64,000 nucleotides of DNA from Octopus sinensis (GCF_006345805.1 NC_042999.1:3658001-3722000); one strand, 5' to 3'; positions 38,029 to 51,155 are shown, numbered from the stretch's first letter. The notes: generated by a model from the sequence alone, not told the origin. Numbers and translations: made by a program.

Positions 38029-38415
38029 GGCGCAGGAGTGGCTGTGTGGTAAGTAGCTTGCTTACCAACCGCATGGTTCCGGGTTCAGTCTCACTGTGTG
38101 GCATCTTGGGCAAGTGTCTTCTGCTATAGCCCCGGGCCGACCAATGCCTTGTGAGTGGATTTGGTAGACGGAAACTGAAAGAAGCCTGTCGTATATATGT
38201 ATATATATATATGTGTGTGTTTGTCCCCCTAGCATTGCTTGACAACCGATGCTGGTGTTTTTACGTCCCCGTCACTTAGTGGTTCGGTAAAAGAGACCAA
38301 TAGAATAAGTACTGGGCTTACAAAGAATAAGTCCCGGGGTCGATTTGCTCGACTAAAGGCGGTGCTCCAGCATGGCCGCAGTCAAATGACTGAAACAAGT
38401 AAAAGAGTAAAAGAG
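38029..38415 (+). mobile_element. Family A CORE-type SINE (best-preserved copy)
   Basis: A-box tggctgtgtgg, B-box ggttcagtc, CORE-like ggcatcttgggcaagtgtc, tail ggcggtgctccagcatggccgcagtcaaatgactgaaacaagtaaaagagtaaaagag. Confidence 0.9.
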
Positions 38416-38479
38416 TATATGTATACACACACACACACACACACACAGATATACATGTATATAAATAAATATAAATTAA

Positions 38480-38655
38480 AGCACCCACTACACTCTCAGA
38501 GTGGTTGGCATTAGGAAGGGCATCCAGCCATAGAAACCCCGTGTCAAATCAGATTGGAGTCTGGTGTAGCCTTCCAGCTTACCATCCCTGGTCAAACTGT
38601 CCAACCCATGCCAGCATGGGCAATAGACGTTAAATGATGACGATCATGATGTATA
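38480..38655 (+). mobile_element. Family C 3' fragment
   Basis: ggcattaggaagggcatccagcc...acgttaaatgatgac. Confidence 0.75.
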
Positions 38656-38804
38656 ACACCTTGTATGTTTTATTTACAGTGAATAGTGCAACTAGCCGTT
38701 GAACAATGACATGAAAAACATAAGGTGCTGTCTCTTGTGTCAGTTTGTAGTGTCCACCTTTTTGGTGTTTGTTGCTGAAGAGGAGATAACTCCAAAATGC
38801 ATGC

Positions 38805-39073
38805 TAAGTTACGGTGACGTGAACACACCAGCATCGGTTGTCAAGCGATGTTGGGAGGACAAACACAGACACACAAATATATGTTTGTGTGTTTGTGTTT
38901 GTCATATATACGACAAGCTTCTTTCACTTTCTGTTTACCAAATGCAGTCACAAGTCTTTGGTTGACCCGAGGCTATAGTAGAAGACACTTGCCCAAGGTA
39001 CCATGCAGTGGGACTGAACCCGGAACCATGTGGTTTGTAAACAAGCTACTTACCACACAGCCACTCCTACGCC
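38805..39073 (-). mobile_element. Family A SINE, 3'-truncated
   Basis: Reverse-complement head and core. Confidence 0.8.
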
Positions 39074-39074
39074 T

Positions 39075-39079
39075 ATATA

Positions 39080-39153
<74 letters not shown>

Positions 39154-39278
39154 GTATGTATGTTTGTGTGTATGTATATATATATATATGTATGTAAATA
39201 TATATATATATATATATATAATATATATATATATATATTTATTTACATACATATATATATACATACACACAAACATAC

Positions 39279-39344
<66 letters not shown>

Positions 39345-39345
39345 A
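39075..39345. repeat. (TA)n/(TATG)n microsatellite
   Basis: Direct inspection. Confidence 0.95.
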
Positions 39346-40388
39346 TAGTCACAGGCATGGTTGTGTAGTTCAGTTCACTTCATAACCACATGATTTTGGG
39401 TTCAGTCCCATTGTGTGGTACCTTGACCCAACTGTTTCTATAACTTTAGGCTGGCCAAAATCTTGTGAAATTTCTACCTTACTTTTCACCTCTATTGCCT
39501 CATTCCAACAATATCTCCATGGGTGGTCATTTTCATTTGTGTCTTATTGCAGGAGACCAACTCTAAAATGTCATTCTAAGAAAAAAAATCACAACATCAA
39601 AATCTCAAAGTGACAAGGTAATGGATGATTCATTCAAAACAACGTGAATAGTTAAGCATTGCATTTGACAGAATAATCTGAATGTTGAAGGGTTTGTGCT
39701 GACATTCATTCTGGTTTTGAAAAGAAACCCAACGTATAAAGTAGTTATAGTTTTGAGAAGACTGCATGTGCTTGAATGTCGACAGCTACCAAAATAACCA
39801 TGGTTATAGAATCACCAAATACTACAAAAGAAGACAACAAGCCTCAATGCAAGGAAAAGAGTGGGTGTGTGATGAATGGTTTCAAGAATGGAAACCCCCA
39901 CTGAAGCCAACATTCAGAGAATATTGCGGATGAATGAAATGATGAGAATATAATGAAAAATGCCTAGGGACCGACTTTAATTAAATGATTTAGTTTTATA
40001 GTAGCTGACAGTATAGCAATGCAATTTCACAACAGATTACATGAATAGTTTTCATTGTCAGTAACTACTTCTATAGATTTTTCTGTTAGACTCTAAACAA
40101 TAGCTTTACATTCAAATTTATAGCAGGCAAATTTGAGTTAGCAAAACAGCTACCAGCAGAAGTAGTTCCAGGTGCTGTGACAAATAATTCTGAATGTAGA
40201 TGCCATCTGATAAGCCATTACAAAGCTTGCATCATCCTGCTATACAAACTGTTTACACAGGTATACATCTTCCACACACACACACACACACACACACACC
40301 AAGAAACACATTTGTCGTTGACTGATAGGTCAATATATCAATAGTCAGAAAGCATGAGGTCTCCATCCCCTTTCTGTTCATAAACTAC

Positions 40389-40485
40389 CTGTTGAAGTAG
40401 GTTCAGGTGTTGCTTCAGATAATTTTGAACATAGATGCCAAAATGGTAGAATGGATATTGGAATGATGACCATGACAATGAAATA
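40389..40485 (-). other. Candidate coding exon (97 nt), product unknown
   Basis: atttattttatcacag acceptor, CAG|gtagtt donor; two frames open; the frame ISLSWSSFQYPFYHFGIYVQNYLKQHLNLLQQ is favoured by the paralogous segment at 40150-40205. Confidence 0.3.
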
Positions 40486-41149
40486 CTGTGATAAAATAAA
40501 TGTTACTGGTGCCAAATTATTTCTTCATGGAAATGATTCTATGAGAAGAAAGTGTAAGGCAGAAAAGTCAATAAACATTCAGAAAATGGCAGAAACTTTC
40601 TGTGACGATAATGGCTGAGATAGTTGATGGTCAGCCATATGTAAGGGCCTTCTTTTTCTTCTCAAGTATAAGGTGTCACCAATGAGTGTTGGGGATGTGG
40701 TAGCAGATGGGGTGAGGAACAGAGGTGACTCAGATTTATGTAGGGGGTCGTTACTTCCTTTTGCTGGAAGCTGGGTTGACAAATAACAACTGCCTAACTG
40801 GGAGAGTAGGTGCTCCCTTCAAAGGCTGGTGCAAACAAGCTGGGGGGGACGATTGAAAATGTGGCTGGCAATAGGAAAGGCGTATGTGGAAGCACTCTCA
40901 GGCCCTCAAGTCTATGGTCTTCAGCAGGGGAACTGGAAGTGGGTATCCATTACAGCCTCAAGTGCAGCTGACTGTTGGATGTAGTCAGCATTTTTAGGGG
41001 ACATGGTGAACTCATTGCATGGAGCTGATTCAGTCCATCCCAGGTGACTGCAGCAGCAAGTACAAATATTGGGTCATCCCATACATAAGTCGGTGTTTTC
41101 AATTGCATGAACTAAAAGTCGGAGGGGGAGGAGATAAACTACCTGCATC

Positions 41150-42290
41150 AACTTGCTATGAAAGCAGGTAGTAATTTTACGTTGTACTTATTCTTAGTGC
41201 AAGTTTTGAAGAGTGCAGTTCCATTTTAACAGTTACTTTTTCAAAGCTGTAATGGAAGTGACAAAGGAGCATATTTTACTTAATGAGTTCAGTAAAGGCA
41301 GCAGCACAATGGATAGTGCAAGGAATATTAATGCAGTATAGGGGGATGAGACAGTAAGTGTAAGCCAGGGTCAACGGTGGTTCCAGAAATTCTGAGCCAG
41401 AAACTACAGGCTAGAAGATGAGCATTGTCCTGGAAGATCTGTAGAGCTTGATGAGGACATCCTACAAACCTTGATGGAACAAAATCCCATTGTAACTGTT
41501 GGAGGAACTATCAGAGAAGCTTGGATTTGTTCATTCAACCATTCATCGGCACCTGCATGCCATGGAAAAAGTCAGTAAAGTGGGTCAATGGGTTTCTCAT
41601 TAGCTTTCTGAGTCTAAACATATGCAGAGAGTGAATGTGTGCTCTTCTTTGCTGTCACATCTCATGAATGAACCTTTCTTGGACTGAATAGCACCTGGGA
41701 GAGAGAAATGGGTTCTGTTTAAAAAGGTCAAGCACCAAAGGCAATGGGTAGGGAAAGGAGAAACACTGGCACACCAAGCTAAAGAAGGTCTTCACCCACG
41801 TAAGATTTTGTTAACTGTTTGATGGGATATGGAAGGTTTAGTCCACTTTGAACTTTTAAACCCAAACCAAATGATAACAAAGATCTACTGCAAGCAGCTT
41901 GAGTGACTTAAGTCAGCACTAGAAGAAAAACGACCATATGTGGTTTCAAGATGAAAGGTGTTCTTCCATGCGGATAATACAGCAAGGACAACATTCCTAA
42001 GGCTGGAGTAGTTTGACTGGGAAATAATGCCTCACCCATCATATTTGCTGGACACTGCCCCATCTGCTTATCATTTATTCCGCAGTCTTCAAAATCATTT
42101 GTATGGAAAAAAATATGAATTCTGTAGACAAGATCAGAACAGTACTATAGGAGGAGTATTTGTCACAGACAAATGGATATTGGAAGAGGGGCCTTGCAGG
42201 TCTACCAGATAGATAGAACATTATAGAAAATGAAGGAGAGTATATTTTAGAGTATAAAGGAGCTTTGTTTAGCTTAATTTTGAAAAATCA
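41150..42290 (+). mobile_element. Near full-length dead mariner (DD34D) transposase
   Basis: MEVTKEHI...QRWFQKF...LEDE..PGR...GQWVSH*L (WVPHEL-like)...IAPGREKW...PHPSYLLDTAPSAYHLFRSLQNHL (YSPDLAP-like); many stops and frameshifts. Confidence 0.9.
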
Positions 42291-42296
42291 CCTAAA

Positions 42297-42468
42297 AAGC
42301 ACCCACTAAACTCTCAGAGTGGTTGACATTAGGAAGGGCATCCAGCAGTAGAAAACCATGTCATTGCCAGATCAGATTGGAGCCTGGTGCAGCTGCTTGC
42401 TCTCCAGACCTAAGTCAAACCGTCCAACCCATGCCAGCATGGAAAATGGATGTTAAACGATGATGATG
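42297..42468 (+). mobile_element. Family C 3' fragment
   Basis: Same tail motif, ends gatgatgatga. Confidence 0.8.
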
Positions 42469-42533
42469 AAGAGAAGTGTAAAAAAAACATTATTTATGGG
42501 ATGACTCAATAGTTTGCAGAAAACAGATGTTAC

Positions 42534-42604
42534 CCACGAATGCTGGTTGCAAGAGTATAGAGCAAGTGTGGAATGGTCTCTAGGTTTTCTTCTGAATCGT
42601 TCTC
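42534..42604 (-). other. Candidate coding exon (71 nt)
   Basis: ccttatcttaactgcag acceptor, TGG|gtaaca donor; ENDSEENLETIPHLLYTLATSIR open. Confidence 0.25.
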
Positions 42605-42822
42605 CTGCAGTTAAGATAAGGATGAATTGTTTTTCTTCCATTTGCCTAATTCTCGTTAAACTCTCTTTGTAATTACCAAAACCAGATTTAAGTATGATCA
42701 AACATTGGAAAGTATGCCACAAAGGTGAATATTCATATATAAGAAGATGGCAAGATGTGACTTTTGATGAAAAACAAAAGAATTAAATACAGCTAAAAGT
42801 TACAATAAAAAGAACAATTAAA

Positions 42823-43085
42823 ACATCATCATCATCATCGTTTAACATCCGTTTACCATGCTGGCATGGTTTGGACGGTTCAACTAAGGTCTGGGAAGGC
42901 AGGAGGCTACACCAGGCCCAGTCTGATCTGGCAGTGTTTCTACAGTTGGATGCCCTTCCTAATGCCAACCACTCCAAGAGTGTAGTGGGTGCTTTTATTA
43001 CATGCCACCGGCAGAGGGGGTTGGTATCGACCACGATCAGATGGTGCTTTTTACATGCCACTGGCAAGAAAGCCAGTCAAGGTGG
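42823..43085 (-). mobile_element. Family C repeat
   Basis: (cat)n cgtttaacatcc... Confidence 0.8.
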
Positions 43086-43394
43086 CAAATCATCCTTTAA
43101 TATTCCTGAGTACTTAAAAGTGGTGAGCTGGCAGAATCGTTACCTCTTGGGGCAAAATACTTAACAGCATTCCATCAGTGTTTATATTCTGAATTCAAAT
43201 TCTGTTGGGATCAGCTTTGCCTTTCATCCTTTTGGGGTTGATAAAACAAGTACCAGTTGATCACTGGGGTTGATATAATCAACCTACCCCCTCCTCTGAA
43301 ATGCCGGCCTTGCACCAAAATTTGACACCAACATTCATGAGTACTTAAGAAATTGTATAATTAATAAGAATTAAAACAGGAAATCTGTGGTTGT

Positions 43395-43567
43395 CACTGG
43401 CTGATGACGGGTCAATACTCAGAAACCCGGATCCGTGTGTATCACATCAGGCTGAAGATGGGAAGGATGACTTCCCTTTGCAAATACTGATGGGGCACAG
43501 AAAGTGTGTCAGTAGCCAGCTGGAGGAGATGTCTTCCTGGGGCTACAAGCTACAGTAGCATCAACCC
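43395..43567 (+). mobile_element. Penelope pLTR-like remnant with a decayed hammerhead
   Basis: CTGATGA-CGGGT(CAAT)ACTCA-GAAA-CCCGGA-TC at 43401-43433, followed by the reverse complement of the tagccccagga motif shared with the palindromes. Confidence 0.5.
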
Positions 43568-44563
43568 TTAAGGGTTAGCCACATTTAAGCATTTAAGTGG
43601 CAAATATACTTCCCGATGTCATGCAGCTACTGTTTATACGTTGCTTAGAGATTTATTAAAACTGGAAAATTTATCAAGTATTGAAAAGCCATGATGCCAA
43701 TGTGAATATTCAGATTGTAGCAGATGGTAAAAATGTCACTGTTGCTAAAAAGAAAGAATTTTAATTACAAGCCAAAAGCGATGGTAAAAGAACAATTAAA
43801 AACAATTGTAAATATTCATGAATTACAGATTGCTTAACGAGTTTCTGTTTAATAACAAGCACTGATATAAGTCACTGATATGGTCGGTTGGCTCTTCTTG
43901 TTTCTCTGTTCATTGTAAAGACAGAGAGAGAGTAAAAGAGAGATACAGAGAGAGTTAACATAAGAGGTACCGGATGAGTATCTCTGAAAATACACATTTG
44001 TTTACTTGTTAAATTTTGTTCATGTAGTAGATTATGATTATGTTAATCAAATTTAAGAAAATAACAATATATATATTTCGTTTTTAGATTTGGTTTGCAA
44101 GATTCTTTATATGGGTTCATGTGTTGAAGCATATTTCACAAAAAGAAAATTACTCTCCCCAGACACAACAATATATATTTATTGCCAAAATACAAATGAG
44201 AAATTCTATCATCATCATCATCACCATTATTTAATGTTTGTTTTCCATGCTGGCATGGGTTGGACAGTTTGACAGGAGTTTGGCAAGTCAGAGAGCTGCA
44301 CCAGTCTCCAATTGTCTGTTTTGGCATGTTTTCTACAGCTGGCCGCCCTTCCTAATGCCAACCACTTTACAGAGTGTACCATGTGCTTTTTATACGGCAG
44401 CAGCACCAGTGCTTTATACGTGACACCAGCATGGGGTTCTTTATATGTAACACCAGTATAAGTGCTTTTTACATGGCACTAGCACAGATAGTCACAGCAC
44501 AGTTGTATTTAATTTTAAAGTAATAAACCTTTTTCAAAATTAGAATTCATTTTATTTTATGTA

Positions 44564-45075
44564 CTGTAAATTCTCAAGTATAGTCCACCCTTGAGTAAAA
44601 TACGCAGGGGATTTTTAGGGGGCTGTACCTCTGAAAATCCTAAACCTTGTGTATAATATGCACTCCTTCTCTAACTTGAGTCAAGAGGGTCTATATAACG
44701 TCCTTGGTTTGTAAAACTGTATACGGTAACGTCCTTTATTATTATTGTATATATAACATAATGCAAACGTGTAGCTTTTTTGTGCATTTTGTTTGCAGAA
44801 AATAAGGAAATAACAGTAATAACGTTTAATAAATGTTGCTTATTGCAAGTTATGGATGATTCTTTTATGACTTCATTGCTTTCAGGCTTAGCTTAAGGTA
44901 TTTTCACGCCCGACATCACAAAATGTGTCTGAATAAACATTGCCGGACAACAAATAGAGACTCGGACATTACTTAGGAAATAATTTTCATTTTTAACCTC
45001 GTATATAGTACTCACTAGGGATTTTGACCTTTAAATTTTAGGGATAAAATGCGGATTATACTCGAGGATTTATGG
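44564..45075. mobile_element. pogo/Tc1-mariner-type MITE
   Basis: Imperfect ~26-bp TIRs ctgtaaattctcaagtatagtccacc / tgcggattatactcgaggatttatgg; TA at the left flank. Confidence 0.65.
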
Positions 45076-46099
45076 GAAAAACCAAGAAATCTGATAAAAG
45101 TTAAATAACAATTATTGTCTGTATGCCATATTTGCTGATATTACCCACAGTGACTAAATTACACTTCCAGAGTTACCGATCATCTAAAAGGTAATACACT
45201 AGTTTTAAAATAACTGACAACAGATTTAAAAACAAGTATATTAATTGAGTTTAGAAAAAAACCATGCCACAAAGTGTGAATAAAATGGTCAAAATGTGAC
45301 GACTGATAAAGAAGAAGAATTAACTACAGCTAAAAACCTTGGTAAAAAGTAATTAAAAACAACTATAATTATTCATGAAGTATTTTGTGAATTACATCGT
45401 TTTATTTGGCTTCTTTTTTTTTCTTGTAATTTTCCTAGTTTTATTTTGTATTTCGCAAAATTTTCCCAAACTGATGTTTTTTCTTCAAATTCCTCAATTT
45501 TGATAATAATCCACCAGAAAAAAAAAATTATGCATGTGAAAGTTTCAAGGTGAAGATAATCTAATCATTGATTCATTCAATCATCATCATCAGGATCATC
45601 ATTATCATCAATATCACTATGACAGTGGTAGTGCTGTCATCAGCAATATTAGTGGTACTCAGATTGCTGCTGCTGTGTTGTTGTTGTTGGTGGTGGTGGT
45701 GGTGGTGGAGGTGGAGGTGGTGGTGGTGGTGGTATCATTGTTATTTAACCTCAGGTTGGCACTAGACAAGCAAGCCTATGATCAAAGGTATTCTAGCCAT
45801 AGCCATCTATTTTTTTTTTTTTACTTTTTCCAGTCATAGTGTATCTAGGATTACATTAACTAGTACGTCTTTTCTTTCTCTCTGATAATGAGGTTGGATT
45901 TAAGAGTATTGGCTGCTATTTCTTGCAGTTCAAGTCACCTTATAAAGGCCACCTGATTGCTTTGTTTTTTGTTGTCATAGCTGATGTTTAACTCAGTTGG
46001 CTCTGACGGAGCAGAGCTATGAAGTAGTGTTCCAGCCATGACCATTCCAACTTTCCATACATTCGAAGCACAGGTGACAGGCAAAAGTCGTAACTTAGT

Positions 46100-46440
46100 G
46101 AAGGCGCATGGCTCAGTGGTTAGAGCGTCGAGCTTACGATCGTGAGGTTGTGAGCTCGAATCCCGGACCGGGCTGCGTGTTGTGTTCTCGAGCAAGGCAC
46201 TTTATTTCACGTTGCTCCAGTTCACTCAGCTGTAGAAATGAGTTGCGACGTCACTGGTGCCAAGCTGTATCGACCTTTGTCTTTCCCTTGGATAACACTG
46301 GTGGTGTGGAGAGGGGAGGCTGGTATGCATGGGCGACTGCTGGCCTTCCATAAACAACCTTGCCCAGACTTGTGTCTAGGAGGGTAACTTTCTAGGTGCA
46401 ATCCCATGGTCATTCATGACCGAAGGGGTCTTTACCCTTT
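46100..46440 (+). mobile_element. Family E full-length tRNA(Arg)-like CORE SINE
   Basis: ggcgcatggctcagtggttagagcg...ttacgat...gctcgaatccc head, then ttctcgagcaaggcactt core. A decayed minus copy lies at about 46985-47205. Confidence 0.75.
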
Positions 46441-47259
46441 TACTGCTTGATTGTAACTGGTCAGATCTGCACATGTTGCCACTTTTCCACGACCATAAGA
46501 CTGTCTGGAGATGGAATGATAAATAATGTCACTGTCATTTTTAAAAAAAGATTGTTATATTGAATAATTCTCTTGCAAAAGGAAAAAAAAGAAAAAGATT
46601 CTTTGTTGAATTTAATTAAAGAGTGGCTGTGTGGTAAGTAGCTTGCTTACCAACCACATGGTTCCAGGTTCAGTCTCACTGCGTGGCACCTTGTGATTTA
46701 TTCATCTAAACCTTTCAAGGTTGTGCTCCAGCCTGGCTACTGTCCAGTGGCTGAAACAAGTAAAAAACAAAACGATGTAATGCAGAGTATACTTTTGTAC
46801 AGAAAAGACATGAAGTTGAAACGCCAGTAATCCTGGAATCCTGTGTCTGCCTGATAAGGGCCTAATTCAAATTGGGCATCAACTATAATAATCCTTTTCT
46901 CAGAGAGGCTGATATCCTGAGAGGTTTATTTTTTAGTGGGTTTTAGTTTTATTATAGAATCTCAGTACCAGGTCCTTCCCAAATCATATAGTTTCATAGA
47001 GCCAGTTTCTGGCATATATTCCCCATTTGATGGAATGCTGGCTGGTCAATCACTGGATTACTCTCTTTTGCTAGCTGAGTGGACAGGAGCAACATGAAAT
47101 CGAGTTTTTTGCTCAAGAACACACCACGTCACACATCCGAAGAATTGAAACTACAATGTTACAGTTATGAGTCCAACAACTTAACCACTAAGCCACGCAC
47201 CTCAACAGCTCAATACTAGTCATGTCAAGGAAAGAAGTCTTTGTTTTGGAAGTAAATAC

Positions 47260-47642
47260 TCTCTTTTACTTGTTTCAGCCATTTGACTGCGGCCATGCTG
47301 GAGCACTGCCTTTAGTCGAGCAACTCGACCCCAAGACTTATTCTTTGTAAGCCTAGTACTTATTCTATCAGTCTCTTTTGATGAGCCACTAAGTTATGGG
47401 GACGTAAACACACCAGCATCGGTTGTCAAGCAATGTTGGGGGGACAAACATACACACACAAATGTATATACATATACATATATACGACAGGCTTCCTTCA
47501 GTTTCCATCTACCAAATCCACTCATAAGGCTTTGGTTGGCCTGAGGCTATAGTAGAAGACGCTTTCCCAAGGTGCCACACAGTGGGACTGAACCCGGAAC
47601 CATGTGGTTGGTAAGCAAGCTACTTACCACACAGCCGCTCCT
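47260..47642 (-). mobile_element. Family A CORE-type SINE
   Basis: Reverse-complement match. Confidence 0.85.
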
Positions 47643-48164
47643 GATTTTTTTTTTTTGTGTTGTACCAAATTATTATCAGACACAAATGTAGCTATCTGGT
47701 TAAGATGTTTGCTTCCCAACCACATGGCTTTGAGTTCACTACTACTGCATGGCATTCTTGAGTAAGTGTCTACTATCACCTTGGGCCAACCATAGCCTTC
47801 TGGATGTATTTGATAAATGGAAACTGGAAGAAGCCCATCATATGTGTGTTTGTGTGTGTGAGAGTTACTGTCTCCTTGCTGTGAGAGTTGTAAATGAGTG
47901 TTGGCATCATAAAAGCAGAGTCAGTTTCCAATCTTCCATAAATTTCTATCTGGCCATAGGAAAATATTTTACTTGGAAACAGATGAAATGTCAGTGACAG
48001 CAAGAACGTATGGCCTTAAAAAATCTGTCTCAACAAATTTTGTCCTACCCATTCCAAGCAAGAAAGAGTGGATGATAGAGTAATGACAATGATGATTATG
48101 ATAGTTATGATTGTGACAGTAGTAATTACGACGGTGGTGATTATGATGGTGGTAATTATGATGG

Positions 48165-48576
48165 TTGAAGGCAGCAAGCTGGCAGAAACTTTAGCACACC
48201 AGGCAAAATGGTTAGCTGTATTTCGTCTGTGGCTACGTTCTGAGTTCAAATTCCACCGAGGTCGACTTTGCCTTTCATCCTTTCTGGGTCGATTAAATAA
48301 GTACCAGTTACGCACTGTGGTCGATGTGATCAGCTTAATCCCTTTGTCTATCCTTGCTTGTCCTCTCTGTGTTTAGCCCCTTGTGGGAAGTAAAGAAATA
48401 GATATTTTGTCTTTATGTTCAGAGTTCAAATTCCGCCGAGGTCGACTTTGCCTTTCATCCTTTCGGGGTCGAATAAGTACCAGTTACGCACTGGGGTCGA
48501 TGTAATCGACTTAATCCCTTTGTCTGTCCTTGCTTGTCCCCTCTATGTTTAGCCCCTTGTGGGTAGTAAAGAAATA
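48165..48576 (+). mobile_element. Family B SINE dimer with an 11-bp TSD
   Basis: ggtaattatga at 48151-48161 and 48577-48587. Confidence 0.85.
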
Positions 48577-49813
48577 GGTAATTATGACAGTGGTGATTAT
48601 GATGGTGATGATAATTGTGACAAGGATTTTGTTAGGCCAAACTGGAAAGTGATAATAAGGATAAGGTTTTAAACTATTGTAACTAACCTAGGAATTCAGT
48701 CCTCTTTACTGGGTAAATTTATTTATTAAAATAATCTAGAAACTGAATCTTCAAAATATAAAGTTCCAACAAAAATAGGATTATTTAAACTATATGTTTT
48801 AGAAGGATAAAAACAAGACAATAGTCTATACCATCTTAATTTTACATCCACTTTAGGTGATTGAACAGTTGTTTGGCTCATAGACAAAAAGTAAAATTTT
48901 CTGAATTGTTCCAGATTTCAGAAAAAAAAAAATTTTATATTAACATATTAATTTGCTTTCTTTTATATAGATTTTTATCTAAGCAACTCAGAAATATGTA
49001 ACAGACTGATAGACTGCTTTAAGATTTGTCAGAGGGGAATAAGTGGAAATTAAATGCACAGCAGCACCCCAACCATTCCACCAAGCCTCTGTGTTCTTTT
49101 AATCAGAGTGAAAAATATCTTCCCCAAGATACAGAATTGAAAGGAATAAAGCAAGTGGAATGGGTTTCTATATAGATATTATATTAACTTCAAAAATATT
49201 CATATCTAAACTAATTTGGAAATACACCTGCTTCAAATGTTGATCTTTTAAAGCAATCCTATTCAGTTATTTAATCTGATCAAGAAATTCTCTCTGCATG
49301 ATTAACTGAAATTTGGTGAGACCAATTTCTTTTCACAGTAACGTAATTCCTAAATCGTATCAGTTACAAACGATCATTCCGAGGACATATTTTATCGCTT
49401 TTAGAAACTTTAATCAAAATTTTTTTTTATTTATTTTAAAAAATATATTTTTGTAGAAAAGATCTATATCTTCTGTGTGATTGTGTTCTGGAATCACATT
49501 TCCTCATATATATTTTCCTTTTCTTATAAATCAAATGCAAAAATATATTGCAATAATTCAGAGTATAAGGTTTAAATTTCCAAATTGATTTTTTTTTTCC
49601 CCAGTAAAGAAAATAGTTTGTCATTTATACACATTTTTATCAGCAATATTAACATAATAACATTTAAAAAAAATAATACAGTATTTTAATTCCATTGATA
49701 TAAACCTGCTCAGACCTCTACTGGTTCTTTAAAACCTGTTTTGAGGTGGTCTAAAAAAAACCGTCCATCAAAATTTCATGTTCATTTGCGTTCCAAACAC
49801 TAGATTAACAATG

Positions 49814-50615
49814 CAAGGTCTGAGCAAAAAGCATCAAGGCTGTTGCTATAGTAACAGAATTAAAATATGCAGAGTGAAACCACTTGGCACAGATTGACCT
49901 TGAACTCTGTTGCACTTGGTTATAATATTCTCACTCGTTTTCGTTGTTTATAGCAGTGCTTGGAAGGAAAGTGTGTAGCGTGTGGTCATCTCAAAAGAAG
50001 ATAAGGTTTCAGCTGCTTGGGATTTCATTGATTGTAATCATCATCATCATCATCGTTTAACGTCTGTTTTCCGTGCTAGCATGGGTTGGACGGTTCGACT
50101 GGGGTCTGGGAAGCCAGGAGGCAGCACCAGGCTCCAGTCTGATCTGGCAGTGTTTCTACAGCTGGATGCCCTTCCTAATGCCAACCACTCCATGAGTGTA
50201 GTGGGTGCTTTTTACGTGCCACCGGCACAGGTGCTAGAGTAGGCTGGCAGCAGCCACGATCGGTTGGTGCTTTTTACGTGCCACCGGCACAGGTATCACA
50301 AATCACAAAAATTTTTTGAAAATGGTCATAACAGGTGGTAAATCATGGGTCTATGGCTCTGATCCTGAAACCAAGGCTCAGTTTTCGCAATGGAAACCTC
50401 CAACTAGATTTCAAAATGTCAAGGAAATAGAAGAGAGTGCAACACAGCAACTGCTCACTATTCCAAAAAAAGGGGTTGCAGGAATGCTTCCATTGATGGA
50501 AATGGCACTGGGTAAAGTGTGTGGCTTTAGAAGTGGACCACTCCAAAAAAGAATTGATTTGTGTTGTAGTTTTCATTTTATTGCACCTTGTCTGATATTT
50601 TTTGGATCAGACCTC
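49814..50615 (+). mobile_element. Internally deleted mariner, interrupted by a family C copy (about 50037-50300)
   Basis: Imperfect TIRs caaggtctgagcaaaaagcatca / tgatattttttggatcagacctc; VITGGKSWVYGSDPETKAQFSQWK (TGDETW..YDPETK-like). Confidence 0.75.
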
Positions 50616-50825
50616 AAAATTATTTTACTAAATACAACATTTCTTTCAAAATTAATTGGAACAAAAGAAGTGTATTTTAAGAGAAATATAAAAACAAAAA
50701 GGATTAACTCTTGATATCAACCTCCTGAAACTGTCCTTGATTCAATGTTACAAACTCCTTCTTTAAAGTAATCTAAAACCCTTGCATAAAAATTTCTTGT
50801 TAATCTATGTTCCTAACACCAGCTT

Positions 50826-51155
50826 GTGGAGGCACATGGCCTAGCAGTTAGAGCAGCAGACTCATGGTTGAGGGATTGTGGGCTCGATTCTCAGACCAGG
50901 CGATGTGTGTGTTTATGAGCGTAAAACCTAAGCTCCATGCAGCTCCGGCAGAAGGTAATGGCAAACTTCTGCTGACTCTTTCACCACAACTTTCTCTCGC
51001 TCTTTCCTCCTGCATCTTGCAGCTCACCTGCGACAGACCGGTGTCCCATCCAGGTGGGGAATCTATATGCCAAGGAAACTGGGAAACTGGCCCTTATGAG
51101 CCAGGCATGGCTCAAGAAGGAACAAACAACTGTTCCTTCTAAAGGATGAAACAAC
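50826..51155 (+). mobile_element. Family D SINE (V-domain-like) nested in a piggyBac-type MITE (about 50704-51262)
   Basis: 11-bp TSD aacaccagctt at 50815-50825 and 51156-51166; cctgcgacagaccggtgtcccatccagg resembles the recalled V-SINE domain. Confidence 0.75.

Noticed and set aside
46102-46175. tRNA-like sequence
   Set aside because: Acceptor and anticodon stems do not close properly and it continues into a SINE core; treated as a SINE head, like 26905 and 50826.
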